Assembly (NCBI GenBank): GCA_964490325.1
Contig: CAZBBX010000002.1
Coordinates: 71,110-135,109, forward strand
Direction: 5' to 3'
DNA: 64,000 nt
Origin: an uncultured Oscillospiraceae bacterium
Lineage (GTDB): Bacteria > Bacillota > Clostridia > Christensenellales > CAG-138
Program-made: the position numbers and the translations under genes
The notes under the pieces: generated by a model
The model's input: the letters and a program-made list of their open reading frames with translations, nothing else
What the model was told of the DNA's origin: nothing
Database searches by the model: none
Shown here: positions 62,785-64,000 of the stretch, in pieces
Layout of the letters: the number at the start of each line of letters is the position of its first letter
Position numbering within the stretch: the first letter of the stretch is position 1

Positions 62785-64000
62785 TGCAAACCTCCCTTGA
62801 TGCGTTCCATGGCCTTGATGGTGTTCTCCTTGGTCGCAAACGCCGTCATGCGCAGATAGCCCTCGCCAGCCGCGCCAAAGCCCGCCCCGGGGGTGGCGAT
62901 GATGCTGCACTTTGCCAACAGTCGGTCGAAGAAGCCCCAGCTGTCGCCGTCGGGTACGCGGATCCAAACATAGGGGGCGTTGACCCCGCCATAGACCTCG
63001 TACCCCGCGCCGGCCATGGCGCTGCGGATGCGCTTGGCGTTGTCCATGTAGTACCCAACGACCTGCAGGATCTCGGAATAGCCCTCGCCGTAGGCGGCCG
63101 CCGCGCCCACCTGCGTGATGTAGGAAACGCCGTTGAACTTGGTGGACATGCGGCGCTTCCAAAGGTCGTTTAGGCGCACGCTGCTGCCGTATTCGTCCCG
63201 AACGACAATGTCACGCGGCACCACGGTGTACGCGCAGCGCGTGCCGGTAAAGCCCGCCGTCTTGCTCATGGAGCGGAACTCCACCGCGCAGGCCTTGGCG
63301 CCCTCGATCTGGTAGATGCTGTGCGGTTTGTCGTCCTCTGAGATATACGCCTCGTAGGCGGAATCGTACAGAAGGAGCGTTCCCGTTTCAAGGGCGTACT
63401 CCACAAAACGCTTGAGCTGCGCCTTTGTGGGCATGACGCCTGTGGGATTGTTGGGATAGCAAAGATAGATGACGTCCACGGGAGTGGCGGGCAGCTCTGG
63501 TACAAAGCCGTTCTCCGCTGTCGCCTTAAGGTACACGATGCGTTCATAGCCGTGCTTTAATTCGTCATAAGCGCCGCTGCGGCCGCCCATGACATTGGTG
63601 TCCACATAGACGGGATAGACGGGATCCAGCACCGCAATGCGGGCGTCCCGTGAGAACAGCTCCTGAAAGTTGCCCACGTCGCACTTGGCGCCGTCGGAGA
63701 CGAAGATCTCGTCGGGGGAAAGCTCCACGCCGCGGGAAAGATAGTCGCGCTTTAGGATGGCCTCGATGAGGAAGTCGTAACCAAAGGCGGGCGGATAGCC
63801 GTGAAAGGTCTCGGCCGCCCCCATCTCCTCCACCGCACGATGCATGGCGCGAATGACGGACGGCACCAGCGGCTGCGTCACATCGCCTATGCCCATCTTG
63901 ATAAGCTCCGCCGCAGGATGCGCCTCGCGATAGGCGTTCGTCCTTTTATCCATCTCGTAAAACAGATAGCTGCCGCGCAGCTTTCCGTACTCTCCGTTAG
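62781..64000 (-). CDS. dapL: LL-diaminopimelate aminotransferase (DapL type); the 5' end runs off the window
   Basis: LRGSYLFYE...IKMGIGDVTQPL, with the PLP Lys in RSMSKTAGFTG. The frame stays open upstream of ATG 63953 to nt 64000. Confidence 0.85.
   Translation of the reverse strand, partial: NGEYGKLRGSYLFYEMDKRTNAYREAHPAAELIKMGIGDVTQPLVPSVIRAMHRAVEEMGAAETFHGYPPAFGYDFLIEAILKRDYLSRGVELSPDEIFVSDGAKCDVGNFQELFSRDARIAVLDPVYPVYVDTNVMGGRSGAYDELKHGYERIVYLKATAENGFVPELPATPVDVIYLCYPNNPTGVMPTKAQLKRFVEYALETGTLLLYDSAYEAYISEDDKPHSIYQIEGAKACAVEFRSMSKTAGFTGTRCAYTVVPRDIVVRDEYGSSVRLNDLWKRRMSTKFNGVSYITQVGAAAAYGEGYSEILQVVGYYMDNAKRIRSAMAGAGYEVYGGVNAPYVWIRVPDGDSWGFFDRLLAKCSIIATPGAGFGAAGEGYLRMTAFATKENTIKAMERIKGGLQ

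Noticed and set aside
1-64000. Mobile elements, prophage, defence islands (restriction-modification, CRISPR-Cas, toxin-antitoxin, retron, Abi) and tRNA/rRNA genes.
   Set aside because: No transposase, integrase, recombinase, Cas, methyltransferase-endonuclease pair or small paired toxin-antitoxin ORFs were recognisable. No intergenic gap contains a tRNA-like sequence. The window is dominated by conserved housekeeping arrays.

Overview
This 64 kb window looks like GC-rich chromosomal backbone from a spore-forming Firmicutes/Clostridia-type organism. That is an inference from three things: a pro-sigma-K gene, a SleB-like hydrolase, and the conserved arrays ylxM-ffh-rpsP-KH-rimM-trmD-rplS-rbgA-rnhB-yraN and acpP-rnc-smc-ftsY. 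I call about 57 protein-coding genes, most on the minus strand and tightly packed with many stop/start overlaps. I saw no rRNA, tRNA, CRISPR array, transposase, integrase or prophage genes. Core content covers four groups:
- Replication and DNA processing: dnaE, topA, dprA, comM-like, smc, rnc, rnhB.
- Translation: efp, rplS, rpsP, trmD, rimM, trmFO, rlmD, ffh/ftsY.
- Proteolysis: hslVU, an M24 aminopeptidase, a U32 peptidase.
- Envelope and lipid: mltG, plsX, acpP, dapL.

Six less ordinary loci stand out:
1. 52.9-59.9 kb: an overlap-coupled three-gene operon. It is built around a roughly 1,550-aa protein with HD, helical-repeat, NadD-like nucleotidyltransferase and PRTase-like regions, followed by an LDH/MDH-fold protein and a two-lobed flavodoxin-fold protein. 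I know of no assigned function, and this is my best candidate for an undescribed system.
2. 10.29-10.46 kb: an unlisted 57-aa sORF with a strong RBS and terminator. It has a RiPP/lasso-like leader pattern and sits directly behind an orphan secreted protein of more than 987 aa.
3. 0.45-2.3 kb: a class-B sortase paired with a (Thr-Pro)32 mucin-like substrate that ends in IPATG.
4. 31-35.5 kb: two GT-C/PMT-type glycosyltransferases with lectin-like modules plus a GtrA-family protein, embedded in the comM-dprA-topA array.
5. 3-10.1 kb: a six-gene stop/start-overlap chain that links dnaE to alkylation-repair genes.
6. 51.4-52.3 kb: an E2-like acyltransferase next to plsX in which the catalytic His appears replaced.

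Two genes are broken by single-base shifts at short homopolymers (13471-13475 and 59239-59242). This may reflect assembly indels rather than biology. All calls come from reading motifs by eye; no searches or folding calculations were run.
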